DNA from: Bilabrum cf. latius
Lineage: Eukaryota
Direction: 5' to 3'
DNA length: 64,000 bases
Assembly: GCA_965178125.1 (NCBI GenBank)
Contig: OZ237763.1
Span: forward strand, 372,001-436,000
This document shows, piece after piece, positions 47,374 through 61,212 of this stretch. The position numbers were made by a program, and so were the translations under genes. The notes under the pieces are model-generated. The model made no database searches, was not told the DNA's origin, and saw only the letters and a program-made list of their open reading frames with translations. Each line of letters begins with the position of its first letter. Positions within the stretch are counted from its first letter, which is position 1.

Positions 47374-47987
47374 GATGATACGTTCGTGGCGTAGGCTGCG
47401 ATACTTGTTTGTGTCCGTTCGCGCAGAACGCCCTCGTCACATCATGCTGCGTTGAGGTCGCAGGAACGCTCGCAACTCGGTCGCCATGCCCATGCTATAA
47501 CAGCCACAATACTGCCTTGATTCCGCAGTTCACTGTCTTCAAGTGTCTAGGCAGCACTATATGGCATCTCTCTAGCCCACCGTTTTCTCCTGCACCAGCC
47601 ATTCGTGCGGCGTGGCATGCAGTGCCATGCACGGGGGGCCCCGCTCTACGCCCCGCGCCCTGGCTGCCGCCGGCGCATGATCCCGTGTGGCCAGGCGCGA
47701 TGGGGTGGGGCGAGGGCTGTGTTCCATAGCAGCCCTGTGCAGGCTCAGTTGGTGGAGGCCAGACATCCTGAGACTGGGCTGCTGTGAAATTGATTGATCA
47801 AGGCACTGATGGATCCGATCCGGATCGTCACACAGCGGCCCAGCTTGCGGAGCCCATGGCGTGAGCTTGCTGATCCGTTCGACCTGCCCAGTGCGATTAC
47901 CCCCCGGGGTGGTCGTTGTCATTTCGCAGTGCGTGCTTTGACTCAAACATATTTGCACTCTCTCTATGACACGCACAGGGAACGGCC

Positions 47988-48259
<272 letters not shown>

Positions 48260-48366
48260 GGGGGGGTTATAGGTCGGTGTAATTGGGTAGTGTGTGCTTT
48301 GATTCTCTCTCTCAAAGTACGGAGGCTCTCCAAGGATGCAGAATAATTGCCTTAAACCCGTTTGAT

Positions 48367-50686
48367 ATGCCAGACAAGTCCGGCTGGGATGTTTCTAATA
48401 TGCTGCCGAAATGCTCTTGGGATATTGACGACGTACTCTCCTTCTCGATGGTTCGAATGGTAGAGATAAAGGACCGGCGCCTTGGCGGGCTGAATCTGTG
48501 CTCACAAATCGCGATCGTCGGATATATTGTTGGATATGCGATTATTTATTAGCGTGGCTACAGGAAAAATGCCCCAGCAAGCGGATTTGCAAGACTGAGC
48601 GTATCTACTCCTTCTGATGAAGTGTACGATGCGTTCTAGCCGTTGCAGCAGAACAGGAGCTGCTTGCCGCGAGCAAGTAGCGGAGCGGGTGCAAGCAAAG
48701 AATATGTGACAGACTTTGGTCGAGGCCAGCCCAACAACGTCTTCAACCTCGACTGGCCAGAGTTCAAGGCGCCGCAGCACCCATGTGCCTACTGGGAGGT
48801 CAACGAGATTAGCAGGCAGGCTCCCAATGAGGTGCATCTCACCACTATGCGGCGAGCCATCCAGCTTGGCATACCCCCGGAGAATAGATGCGAGTACTCT
48901 ATTGACCGGGGATGCAACATGGTTCCGGTTGGGGAGCCCCAGGCCCCGACGTACACATGGCTGGCAGAGTATCACTTGCTGGAAATCGAGCACATCGCGA
49001 TTGCCCCGGAGCTGAGGCTGTTTCAGAGTGCCTCAAAGTTCACGGGCAAGATGCTCACTCGCAAGTGCAAGCCTAACAAAAGCCAGGTTCGTCCATTCAT
49101 CTGCGAGTCAGTCCCCTATGACCCATGTGATGCGTACGGCAAGGACAGCAGCTTGAGGGAACTGTGCGAGTTGGAAGGTGTTACCGCTGGCAAAAAGAAC
49201 ACTGTGACCAGAATACCAATCAAAGCAATCCTGAACGCAGCCGGATTTCCGTCGCTCGACACCTGGAACGGCCAGAACGCAGACGGCACCCCGGCCGAAG
49301 GGCCAGTGCCCAACGACGGCAACGGCACTGCAGGACTGCACACTTCCAGGGAAAACGGACTGGAGATCGTGCTGCAGATAGAATACCGGAATGATGAGTG
49401 AGTGGCGCGCTGATGTCACTCTGTTCCTGCAACTTTCTGTCGTTGTTGCGCGTGTTCGTGCCTGCATGCCAGCCCGTGGAGCTGAGCGGCTTCATTGCTA
49501 CCGGCTCTCTCCAGTCTGGCGCTTGCTCTTGTTTATTTATTTTGCATGCTTTATCGCAGGCAGGTGGGAAACGATGACGCTTTCACGTTCAGCATCCTTC
49601 CTTTTGTGGTGGAGGGCCTGGGGTCAAGGATCAACCAGACCACGGTCGACATCTCCGGGAACAACATGACCATCGTTGAGGTGAGAAGTGCAACCGATTT
49701 CACGTTCTCCTCTCCGCACTGTTCCAGACGCAACCAATGATCGTGCAATGCAATGCAAGCAGTCCCTATGAGTCACACCGAGTCTCACAAGGTACAACGA
49801 GTCTTCTTCAGTGCATCTGTCCGGCAAGAACGCCCTGACCCACGAACGCCCTGACCCACGAATGCCCTGACCCACGAAAGCCCTGACTCACGAATACCCT
49901 GACTCAAGCAATCTATCGCAGAGGAGTGGGCTCAGCATTCGGGTGGTACAGCTGGGCACCGTAGGGGCCTTCGATTTCCAGGCACTGCTGACCTCACTGG
50001 TCACGTCGATCGCTCTGCTCGCCGTGTCGAGCACAATAGTGCAGGTGATCGCGCTCAACTGCTGCCCACTCAAGGCGCTGTATCGCTAGTACAAGACGGC
50101 CGTCACGCCCGACCTCTACGACCTCAAGGGCCTCAACGAGGCGGTGATGGCCCGACTGGAGACCGAGGACCTCATCAACCCTCGGCCCGCCATCCTGTTC
50201 GAGGCAGGGCCCAAAGACGACGACGGGACCTCTGGAGTGGAGGCCGGGGCGCGCACAAAGCGGGGCGTAAGGGACGTGACAGACAGTTCAGGTACGAGCG
50301 GGATGATCGAAATGAGCGGGGGGTTGAGAAAAACGCGAGATGCGGTAGAGATTGGGTCGGGTGCCACGAGCGCTGGCAGCCGAGCGGACCGCGTTCAGTA
50401 CGCTGGAGCACAAGGCGGATCCCGCGGGCCCCGACTTGCTGATTACGAAACTAGGGCAGGCAACGGGGTGCTATAGAGCGACGTGATTCGGCAGGGTGGC
50501 TCGGCCAGGCAGCGGAGCGGTTCCGATGACAGCATCGGCAGCGCCCTGACCGACTTCGAGGAGGCTGTGGAGGAGGGTGGTGTGAGCACGACGAGGAATC
50601 CACTCCGGGGCGGAGGACGGATGCTGCCACGGGTGGACTCGGACGCTAGCGAGATGGCCGGGGCTGGGTTCATAGGGCTGGTCTGA
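48367..50686 (+). CDS. P2X purinoceptor-like ion channel, paralog 1 (introns 49398-49559, 49681-49921; 4 TAG=Gln)
   Basis: TM1 VEIKDRRLGGLNLCSQIAIVGYIVGYAIIY[Q]RGY, ectodomain GLEIVLQIEYRN, TM2 SGLSIRVVQLGTVGAFDFQALL...IALLAVSSTIV; the pattern resembles protist (Dictyostelium-type) P2X. TAGs at 48550, 48637, 50087 and 50474. Confidence 0.8.
49830..49908. repeat. 16-bp intronic tandem repeat, about 5 degenerating copies (ACGCCCTGACCCACGA)
   Basis: Directly visible just upstream of the acceptor of the second P2X-1 intron. Confidence 0.85.
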
Positions 50687-51174
50687 GCATTGGCGCCTTC
50701 TCCTCTACTTCTTCTTCTCGTGCTGCTGTGGTTGCTACTCGACCGGTTGCAGTGAGAGCGAGACCCTGCGTTCTTTGGGTCGGACACAGGCTGTGGGCTA
50801 GCTCTGCTGAAGCCGCTGTCGCGTTGTACCGCACAGCCTCACAGTGGCAGTGTTTACAGATTGGAGCACAAGGGGGGTCTCAGGCTGTGAGCCGGCACAG
50901 CAGTGACATGCTGAGCGTATTGGCAAGACTGTAGTCGCCACGGTTGGCATCGAGTTCTACTTGCCAGCATTGCCAAGATTGCAGGCCGCTCGGCTTCGAG
51001 GCGAATTGGCACAGGCGGCCTCTGCTGGCGGTGATGCGTGCCGTTACTTGGGATCATCAGTGGCGTAGCACGTGTGGGCGGTGCTGCATGCTGGAAGGGG
51101 CCCTGGGACGGGCGGGGTCTTGGTGCAATTACTGGTCAGCCTGGGAGCGCACTAATCATGCTGCAAATGCGCGT

Positions 51175-51355
51175 GGTGTAAAGCGAGAACGCAGCTCCCA
51201 TGGTGAGAGGTGGAGAGGCGAGAACGCAGCTCCCATGGTGAGAGGTGTAAAGCGAGAACGCAGCTCCCATGGTGAGAGGTGTAAAGCGAGAACGCAGCTC
51301 CCATGGTGAGAGGTGTAAAGCGAGAACGCAGCTCCCATGGTGAGAGGTGGAGAGG
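51175..51355. repeat. 34-bp minisatellite, about 5 copies (GGTGTAAAGCGAGAACGCAGCTCCCATGGTGAGA)
   Basis: Head-to-tail units at 51175, 51209 (variant), 51244, 51278 and 51312; no spacers. Confidence 0.9.
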
Positions 51356-51476
51356 TCGCCAGATCCGGATTCCTTTGGGGTGGGTGATGTGCGACGTTGC
51401 ATCGATACATATCATATGGACCATATGAGATTAAGGCGAGCATCCATGGATTACGCATGCCCGGATGCCTTGCACC

Positions 51477-52361
51477 TCAATCCCCCTTCATGCAAGCACG
51501 CAGCACTGACGCGCACTCCACATGCCCCCCAGCCTCTGCTGCCGCCAGCGCAGTCTCGCCGTCCACCAACACATCCACACCGCCCGCCAGCTTGCCCAGC
51601 CTCAGCCGCTTGGCCAGCTCCATGGGCCTGCCCTCAGCGGCGGCCTTGAAAACACACTTGGCATCGCGATGTGCCTGGTGCGCTGTTTGGAATAGGAGGA
51701 CCTGGTTCAGTCGGGAGTCGAATCGCCTGTTCCGTCGCAGGGCCTTGCGGATCGCCTCCGTGGAGGCCTCCGTGTCTCCCATGTCGTTCATCTTCAGCTC
51801 GAGCAGGGTGAAGTTCGTCTCCATCGCATTGACAAATGCTTTCATGTAGGCAGGCGTCATGAAAAGATCATAGTGCGTCTAAATGTTCAGGCTCCGCAGA
51901 GTGCGGTTGCCTTTCAATCCCTCAGCGATTCGCTGGAGATGGCAGTCGCCGAGGCGGTGACCGTTCAAATCAAGCACTCGGAGCGTCGTGTTCGACATAA
52001 TTGCACTTCGAATGTCACCTTCTAAGTAGTACACTTTCTGGTGGTGAATGCGCAGGACGCGCAGGGTCTTGTTGTGCTCGATGATTGTCGGAATGCACCA
52101 GTTCGTCTCCTCGTCCGCGCTACCGTACACCGTGAACGTTTCCAAACTTGAATTAGTGGCAACACTTTCTCCAATCGTGGAGCAATGGCACATCCTGGTG
52201 TACGACGTGCTGAGTGAGAGACTGCGCAGCTTGTTGCCCTCCACAAGCTGCACGATTTCGTCGACAACATCGTCCTCCAGTTCGCCAAGATCCCCAAGAT
52301 CTAGGTTATGCTTTCCTCTCACATCTATTCCAGTGGCATTGAGAATTGACTGCATGGACAT
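51477..52361 (-). CDS. RNI-like leucine-rich-repeat protein with a C-terminal ankyrin-like motif (1 TAG=Gln)
   Basis: NSSLETFTV, NKTLRVLRI, NTTLRVLDL, NRTLRSLNI[TAG], NFTLLELK; GETALAAAEAGGHVECASVL; ends TGA. Confidence 0.78.
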
Positions 52362-52617
52362 GCTACTCAAATATCCAGCGGAGTGTTTGTCGGTTTGTCG
52401 GCTCCGGATTGATGGGATGCGGTTGATCAGGTCTCACCACAGAGAATCACCTGGCTGCATGACATGCGGAGCATACGGCCATACTACCTGGGCTCTACAA
52501 TCTACATGGCGAGGCAAACACCCGCTGAGTGCTGAGGGGTTGGGAGGGTCCTGCCAGTGGCAGAGACACTGCCAGAACACGCGGTTTGCTCTGCAAGCAG
52601 ATGGCACCCCTTGCACC

Positions 52618-53450
52618 TCAATCCCCCTTCATGCAAGCACGCAGCACTGACACGCACTCCACATGCCCCCCAGCCTCTGCTGCCGCCAGCGCAGTCTCGC
52701 CGTCCACCAACACATCCACACCGCCCGCCAGCTTACCCAGCCTCAGCCGCTTGGCCAGCTCCATGGGCCTGCCCTCAGCGGCGGCCTTGAAAACACACTT
52801 GGCATCGCGATGTGCCTGGTGCGCTGTTTGGAATAGGAGGACCTGGTTCAGTCGGGAGTCGAATCACCTGTTCCGTCGCAGGGCCTTGCGGATCGCCTCC
52901 GTGGCATTGTCAGCCCAGAGGTCAAAAAGCTTCAGCTCAAGTGTAGTTGGTCTCCGCGGCGTTCACGAAAGCGTCTGTGCACTCCGCCCCTGCGTTTGTG
53001 CACGTATCCTGTCCCAATTCGACGCTCCTCAGGTGGCGAATGCCTGCGAGGCCCAGTGCGATTTGCTCTTAGTCGTGGCGCTCAGCCGATGCCGAGCCAA
53101 GGTAAGCCGGTACGGCCGTGCTCCACATCTGGAACATGCTTCCATGCGCCCTCTCACAGACCAGACTGTCGTGTGAGTATACTAGTAGCTCGATCTTTGG
53201 GCTGACTGCCAGTGCACGCCCAAGATCATTGGAAGTTCGACACACATGCAAGCATAGTTGGCCTGCAGGTATGCCGCAGTCAAAGCTCTTTGCCTCGCTC
53301 ACCACAAGGATGGAAGCCATGATGATGCCATGCCTGACCCATTGCAGTGCGACCTCGTTCAAGGGGGAGTTGAGATTCGCTGAATGTACGACAGCATTGT
53401 TGCCTGCTGAGAAGCGCGTGAATGCATGCATTTTACGTAAACCCTTACTT
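52618..53450 (-). pseudogene. Frameshifted paralog of the LRR-ankyrin gene
   Basis: The last 296 bp are almost identical to the neighbour. Upstream, the homologous frame is broken near 52940 (NYT then shift; 5 nt shorter than the neighbour) and again near 53070. Confidence 0.65.
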
Positions 53451-54101
53451 TACTCGTGGAGTGACTGCAGCTGTGCGACCCTTGCTCCCCAGTCTGCTGG
53501 CGACGAATGTAGCGAGCACTTCAAGTTGCAACAAATCCGTGAGCCTGGCTCGAGCACTTCGGGCCGCTACAAGCATGAATAAGCCACACCGTGAGAACAA
53601 TTCTTTATAATTTATGTCTATCTATGCAAGGTTCAATCGAAAGTGCTGCACCCTCACCCGGTCGAGGGGACGCCCAGTGAATTCTCCGTGTACGGCAGCT
53701 GATGGTCGCGTTTTCGTAGAGCACGCGGTTCAACAGGGCATTTATGCAGACTTGCAACGTCGTGTATTGCAATACAGCACTTTTATGGACCAGATTCCTC
53801 CCAAATTATCAGCAATGACTGCTACTCGCAGTACTACCCCGTGCAACTGCACTTGTCTGGGTAGTAACCATGATACAGATTGCCGGTGAGAAAACTAGAC
53901 GTGTCACTGAAGGCGTTACATTCGATTATTTGGATTCTTCATACGTGCCTCCTTAATGGCCGTTTGTGTCCCGGCGCACCAATACACTGCCAGCGACCTG
54001 CCCTGACCCAAGCCTGCTTCTTGACTGCACTATGAGTTGAAATTGAATACTATTATGGCATGGCAGGTACTGGCAGCATTGTTTACCGTCCACCATCGCA
54101 G

Positions 54102-57100
54102 AATGCGCCCAGCCATGGACAGGTGCTCGGATCAACGAAGTCCAGCAAGCCGCGATGTACGTGAACGGGCGCACGGTGCTCAGGTCGATTAAGCCGGGGC
54201 AGGCCTACTCGAACATTTTCATGGCTGCAAACGAAGGATTTGCTTCGGTAGGAGACATTGATGGCGACGGCATCGACGACGCAGTCTCGTGTGCGAAGTG
54301 GACGGGTATACCATCGCTCATGTTCATGAACGCCACGGGTGGCCCGAAGGCGCAGCACCTGCTGCTGTGGGACCAAGAATTGAGCCAGCTAATGGACTGG
54401 GGTGGTAGCAGGTATGGCTGGTCGGCTGCGGGTGCTGGCGATTTTGACGGGGATGGGATCCCTGACATTGCCATCGGTTCGCCCGAATACGACGGCGCGT
54501 CATGGAAGATTGGTGCCATATACGTCTTGCACATGCGACGCGACGGTTCGATTCGGAATGCAACCCGAGTATCCTACCCCCAGGGACAGCTGTCCGAGGG
54601 CGATAGAATCGGCAGGTCCGTGGTACTGCTCTAGGCGAGAAACGAGGAGGCCTCGCCCGGCAGCCCAGGGTCCCTGACCTTCTTCCTCGCAGGCGCTTCG
54701 GATCATGAGCATGCCAACGTCAGGCATGGCGCTGTATTCATTCTGGGAGTGAATCGCACGGGGGTCGCGGAGCACGTGCAGCGGATCACTGCAGGCGTGC
54801 TGGGCTTGACCACGGAGCAACTGCAGGGGTCAGATCTTGGGTATAGTGCGACACTTCTGCAACCCGCCGAGCCTGCCAGCGGGGTTGGCATGGTGACTGT
54901 AGCAAGCGCGTTTAGCTACTAGGGTGGAGACGGCAACGCACTGGTGATGTCGCATTCCCCGAACGCACCCTACAACGTCACGAGCGTGTCATGGCTCCGC
55001 GAGTCGATCGACCGCACGCAAGCATCGTCTGCCGGACTCAAAGAGCTCGGGGTGGCTGTTGCGGGCGCTGGAGATCTAGATGACAACGGATACTACGATC
55101 TGGCGATCTCAGCCAGCATTAGCCGCCCCAACTTGGAAGTCAGGTTGCCGCAGGCCCTCATCCTCGTCTACATGGGCGGGCACGTGCAGGCTGACGGCAT
55201 CCGGAAGATGTGGGCCGTCCACACTGTGGAGATTTCCGAGGTATCTAGGCATGGGCTACATATTCCAGCGCAGTTCTTTTCAGAGTTGGCGAGCTTCCTG
55301 TCGGGCGGTCACGATCTGACAGGGGACGGCAGAACAGACCTGGTGGTGGGTTTGGACAGGAGTGCGTATGCAATCCTGTCGCTGAGGCAGACGGGCACGC
55401 TTGCCACACCGAGCCCAAGTCCCTCCGAGGGTGCCCCGATGCCGTCAACGAGCGCCTCACCATCCACCACTATGTCAGTGGCCCCTCTTCCAACACCATC
55501 GGGCACCCCTTCAAATAGTCCCACGCCCTCTGCATCTTCCACGCCAGGATTCGGGATTGTGCAAGCGCAGTACGTGCACATCACCGCTGAGACAGTGACC
55601 TCGAGCGATCACAGCGGTGTGGCGCTCATTGGAGACCTCAACGGCGACGGGCACGAGGACATCGCTCGGAGCACAGGCATGTCCAGCACGAGCAAACAAG
55701 GGTTCGTTGAGATTCATTTCACGAATGCAACAGGGGGAATCGATCATACCGTTGTGATATCTGATGGGCTGAATGGCCTGCCAACCGGCACCGTGCTCGC
55801 CCGTGATGAATTCGGGGCCGACGTGGCCTCGATCGGCGACCTTGATGCGGACGGGGTGCCCGACATTGTGGTGGGTGCACCAAGCGACGACGACGAACGG
55901 GACTTGGAGACGGCGGAACGCCTGGCAGAGACAAGGTACGACGATGACGAGAATCGGTATTAGCTGGCAGACCGGGGCGCATTCTACGTTCTTTTCCTGC
56001 GCAGCAACGGCACTGTGAAGTCGTTCGTGAAAGTCTCTGACATGCACGGCGGGCTACCGGACCTGCTGGACTTGTGGAACCAGACTCGATTCGGGGCATC
56101 GCTGGAGATGATCGACAGCGGCGAGTACCCACCACCAGGTGCTGCTGGTTCGGGGGCTGAGGTATTCCTAGCAGTTGGTGCCCCTGGGCAGGACTTCATA
56201 GGGTATCAGTACGGTGCAGTGTACATCATCGGTCTCAATCGCACCGGCCAGGCAGTGTACGCGTGGAGGGTTGCAAGGGAGCCAAAAGGTGCGTTCCCCC
56301 ATTTGACCACTATCACATCTTTTGGCTATGGCTTCGGTTCGAGCGTGACGCAAGTCTAGGCACCTGATGCGAACGTCGGCAGGGATCGGATCCTGGCGGC
56401 GGGCGCACCATTGCTAAACCAAGGCATCGGAGACATCTTCTTGATTCGGATGGACCGCAGTTCGTGGGACGTTACGAAGTCGCAACGCCTGTTCTCGTAT
56501 GCCACGCAGCAGGCTCAGCTGCCGCAGGGGTACGCTGGGCTTGGAGCAAGCCTCTGCACCGTGGGAGACTTGGACCAGGACGGCATGCAGGAGATCGGGA
56601 CAATCACCGTCGGAACGAACTGGGCATCTGACGGTCTTTATGATCGCGTTGTCATATTGTTTGTGCGTCCGTCTGACTGGAGAGTAGAGCGACGGATTGA
56701 AATCTCTGAGAGAAGCCCGCAAGGGGTGCGCTTCTTCGGGTCGAGCAAGTTTATGTTTGCCTCTGGCGTCGGATTCGGTGGAGACCTTGACGGCGACGGC
56801 CTTCCTGATTTACTAGTGGCAGGTGCATACACTGGAGGGGGCCTCCAGCCTGGCGGCTCCGGCGCAATGCTGCACGCGCTGTCCCTGTATGCAAATGCCC
56901 CTTCGCCGACACCCACGCCGAGCCCCAGCCCTGTGAGCCCCAGCCCCACGCCGAGCACCACCACGACTTGCTCGGCTGCACCATCATCACCTGGACCGTC
57001 TACATCACCCTCATCATCCCAATCCATCCAAGCGTCTGCCAGCCCGAGCAGCTCGCAGGCGATCGGGCAGCCGACACAGCAGCCGAGTAGCCCCTCACCG

Positions 57101-58522
57101 TCGGCCACGGGGATGCCAGGCGGGAGCGGCGGCTCATCACCCGTCCCGAGCTCGGGTCCATCCGAGCCGGCGCCCAGCACCTCGCAGCCAGCAGCGTCCC
57201 AATCGCCGGCACAGCCAACGGCTTCGGCGGCTGCTGCAACTTCCTCCCCGTCACCGTCTCCGTCCCCAGTAGACGTGCTGACCGAGTGCGTTCGGTCCAG
57301 TGGGTCTGTGACCGGGTCGCCGACTCCGGGTCCCGGGCCCGAGGAGGCATACGACGACGATTTCGCTGGTGACGACACGGAGACAGGCGCGTTCGACGAT
57401 GTGGATGACACGACATACGCGGGTGGTGCTGATGAGCCGAGCTACGGAGGAGGTGGCACCTACGGAGACGATACCTACGGAAATGACACCTATAACACCG
57501 CCGTGGCGCAGTCTGCCTCGGCATCAGCAGACGACTACTACTACGATGATCCTGATGTCGATACGTACGAGGCCGGAGCCGACGACGACGATGCATCGGA
57601 TGGAGACGATGATGGTGCCTCCGCCGGTGTGATGGTTCGTCTCACCTTCGTGCTGCAAGTGCAGCCGGGCCTGCAGCTGTCGTGCCGGCAGTCGTTCCGG
57701 TTTGCCAACATCCTGGTGGGGCTGCTGCTCGACGGCCAGGACGAGGCGCGCGCGAGGCGGGGACTGCGGGTCTACGTTGTCACTAGAGAGAACGGGCCTG
57801 CCGATGCAGGTGGCAGCGGCGGCGGTGACACGAGTCCGGGCGCAGCTGGTGAGGGCGCAGCCGGGGTCAGGCTGCTCCAGTCCTCAGGATCCGGAGAAGC
57901 ATCCACGCTGGCCGTGGTGCTGCCAGTGGCCAGCGAATCAGATGCCAGCACCACGATCTCTGCGGCTGGTTCCACCGCCACTCTCGCGCGCCTGGCGGAG
58001 CAGGTGCGCCTGGATCCGGCGCTGAACGGCACCGTGGACGCGGCACAGGGGGGCTCTCTGCTGCAGCTCGATGCGCTTCGGTCCGGGTCGGGCACGCTGC
58101 AAGAGCTGCTGGCCATCGGCACGCGGGACGGAGGCGATGGCGATGACGATGGCGATGACGCCGGCGGGCTGGGCAGCCCAGAGGGTGGGGACGACGGGGG
58201 TGGTGGCGGAGGACTTGGGGGTGGGGCGAGCGCAGGGATTGCTGTGGGAGTGGTGGTGCTGTGCGGGGTGGTTGGCGTGCTGGTGGCGTGGTGGTTTGGC
58301 TGCTTCGACGGGTGCTGCGGCGGGTCAGACCGGCGCCGGAAGGCACTGAGCGAAACAGGGTCCAGCAGCGGGCCGCCGTCCATGGTTGTTGTGCCGAATG
58401 CCGCGTCTTTGAGCGCAAGAGCGCCGCAGTCGCAGGCTGGGTTCGGTCCTGGCTCGCAGGACGAGCCAGTGTCGAAGGAGGGCGATCCAGTGGCTCCGGT
58501 TGCTGGGGCGACCTTTGTGTGA
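54102..58522 (+). CDS. FG-GAP (integrin-alpha beta-propeller-like) repeat type I membrane protein with mucin-like stalks; 4 TAG=Gln; first exon unresolved
   Basis: Repeated GDxDGDGxxD Ca-binding loops with GAP/GAxY motifs, two S/P/T stalks, an acidic Tyr/Asp region and TM helix GIAVGVVVLCGVVGVLVAWWF. TAGs at 54632, 54920, 55961 and 56357; ends TGA. Confidence 0.85.
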
Positions 58523-58786
58523 GTGGCACTGTACGCCGTACAAAATTTTGCTTGCTTGTCTGCAAAGTGACTTGTTTTTATTACAACGTAGATTGAGAGC
58601 TCCAACCACGCATAAGTATCTTTATGGAAGACGTGATCGCAAGCTGCAGCGTCGGAGAATTGCAACCGAAGTCAAGTTGGGACTCCAGCCGGACCTGGAC
58701 TCGGAGCTCGATTGGTTGTGCCGAGCCTCACTGTCGGCTGCCTGCAGTCACGTTTCATCCACGAAGCCAGCAATACAGCCAACAGA

Positions 58787-61212
58787 ATGAGTAAACTATG
58801 CTGTTCGGTCGGTCTACCGGCAATGGATTGGGACCTCGACAGCGTTTTGAGCGTGCAAATGCCTCGTTAGGTGGAGATTCGAGACCGGCGCCTCGGCTGC
58901 CTGTCGCTTCTGAGCTAGGTAGCAATCGTTCTCTACATCATTGTTTGGGCGATCTTTCTTAATCGAGGCTACCGTCGGACCGTTTCAGCCGGCGGATTTT
59001 CTCAATTGGCGGTGCTGAAGCCAACTCGTCCGGTCGTCGCCGAGCATCGCTATGGCCCGGGGAATCGCAGCTGCACCCCTGCTGCTACAGAGTGGACTCC
59101 CAACATGACGTATTTCTCAAGCTCTGGAAAGGATTTGGCGGGAAACGAGTTTGGTTTTGACTGGCCAAGGTTCGAAGCCCCGAGGTACCACTGTGCCTTC
59201 TTCGAACCCACCGACGTTGCGACGTACGAGTACAACTCTGTTCACATCGCAAGCAGGCTCTCTGCATTTGTGTTTGGATATCCCGATCCCAGGAAGTGCC
59301 GCTTCTTGGTGGATGAGGACTGCGGGATGCAGCTGGTCGGCTAGAACCTTCCACTGTATACGTGGCTGCCGGAGTACTACGTAGTAGAAATCCACCACGC
59401 CGTCTCCGCGCCAGAGTTGAACTTGTTTATGGCAGGGGACCAGCTGGAGGGCACGCTAGAGCAGTGGGCATGCCGAGACGGATAGCATAAATGCAGCCGC
59501 GAGACGTTTGACCCATGCTCCGTGTATGAGAACCGTTCCCGGTGCCACGAACTTGGCATACGCTCCGGCTCGGCAGGCAAGGTTACGCGCCTTCCACTGA
59601 AATCAATACTGCGCGCCGCGGGAATCCCCGACCTGGACGTGTGGAACTGGGTGAACGGCGACGGGTCCACGACGAATTCGGGTGTCCCGAGGCATGAGGA
59701 CGTCGACAGCGACAGGCTCGCCACGATCCGAAACGGAGGCATGGACATCGTGCTGCTGATCGAGTATCGGAATGATAAGTGAGGAAGAGTCCTACAAGCC
59801 CACAGCCCGGCAGGCTTTCGCTGCGCGGTCCCCCCTCCGAGTCATCACACCGCCTCGCCTCGTCGCCATCAGATGATCCCTGCCCCTCTCTCACGCCCTC
59901 CGACTGCCGATTCCGCCCCTTTCACGCGTGCCCTGAAGCGCGCAGGCGACTCTTTGATTCCAGCCACATCACGTTCACGATTCGTCCCACGGCCCTACCT
60001 AACGGCCAGGGCATCTTAAATCAGACCATCCGGGAGCCGGCCTACCGCAACATGACCATCATAGAGAGGGCCGGCATCCGCTTGAGGGTGCTGCAGGTTG
60101 GAACGGTCGGCGTGTTTGATTTTCAGGCGCTCCTGCAGACGATCGTTTCGTCCATCGCGCTGCTTGCGATTTCCTCTACGGTCGTCCAGGTGATCGCGCT
60201 CAACTGCTGCCCCCTGAAAGCTCTCTACAGCTAGTACAGGAAGGCAGTCACTCCCAACCTGTACGAGATGAAAGGATTGAACGATGCGATCATGGCCCGA
60301 CTGGAGACCGAGGACCTCATCAACCCTCGGCCCGCCATCCTGTTCGAGGCAGGCCAGGAGCACTCGTAGGACGGCAAGTCGGGAGTGGAGGTGGGCGTGC
60401 GCTCGCACAGAAAGGTGCGCGTTGTGGACCCAGGGAATCCCGTCAGGTCTCATCTGGAAACCACCATGGGGGAGCAGTACAGGAAGCTAGGGGGTCGCCA
60501 GCGGTCCAGGCTGGGCTCTCTCGGGGACCCTGATTTCCACCACGACGTGCTGGAGAGGGGGAAAGCGAGGCACGACGGGGGCGGTGCTGGTGCCGGTGCC
60601 GGTGCCGGTGCCGGTGCCGGTGCCGGTGCCGGCTCGATGCAATCTGGCAGGCACGGTTACGGCGAGAATTAGGATGATGAAGAAGACGAAGATGAAGAGG
60701 AGGAAGAGGAGCACAGGGACCGATCGCTCACGTGGGACAGGAGTCGCCCGAAGCACTAGCGGCCACCAGGAGCGAGCAGCCCGAGGGCAAGGGGAAGGGC
60801 AGGCGGAGGCACAGAAAAAATGTCCCCAGATCGACAGCGTGTGGGGACAGGGGCACGGGCACGGGCGCAGGCTGCCTCTGCCAGTGGCAACTATCAATTC
60901 GGTGCCGGTTCTGGAAGACGAAGGAGCACCCTCGAGATGAGCACGCGGGCAAGTGCTTCTAGGGGAGGCAGCGCACGGGGCAGCTTGAGCCCTCCTGGGA
61001 GGCGAAGTTCTTCCATAGTTGCGAATCCAATGCTCCGCGGCGGACAGAGTGGGCTCGCACCGGTCCATTCCGGGGGTGACAGCCACGGTGCGGTTCGTGG
61101 TGCGGCCGGAGGTGCAGCTGCTCGAGGGACTTTGGCGGGCGGACGGGGTGATTCCAGGCGGTCCACGGTGGAGGAATTCAAAAATGGTTCCGCAGGATTT
61201 GCCGGACTGTGA
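58787..61212 (+). CDS. P2X purinoceptor-like ion channel, paralog 2 (intron 59779-59945; 8 TAG=Gln)
   Basis: VEIRDRRLGCLSLLS[TAG]VAIVLYII, GMDIVLLIEYRND, AGIRLRVLQVGTVGVFDFQALL. TAGs at 58868, 58916, 59342, 59483, 60232, 60367, 60670 and 60757; ends TGA followed by TAA. Confidence 0.8.

Noticed and set aside
51175-51355. 34-bp repeats as a CRISPR array
   Set aside because: The units are head-to-tail with no unique spacers, there are no cas genes, and the context is eukaryotic.
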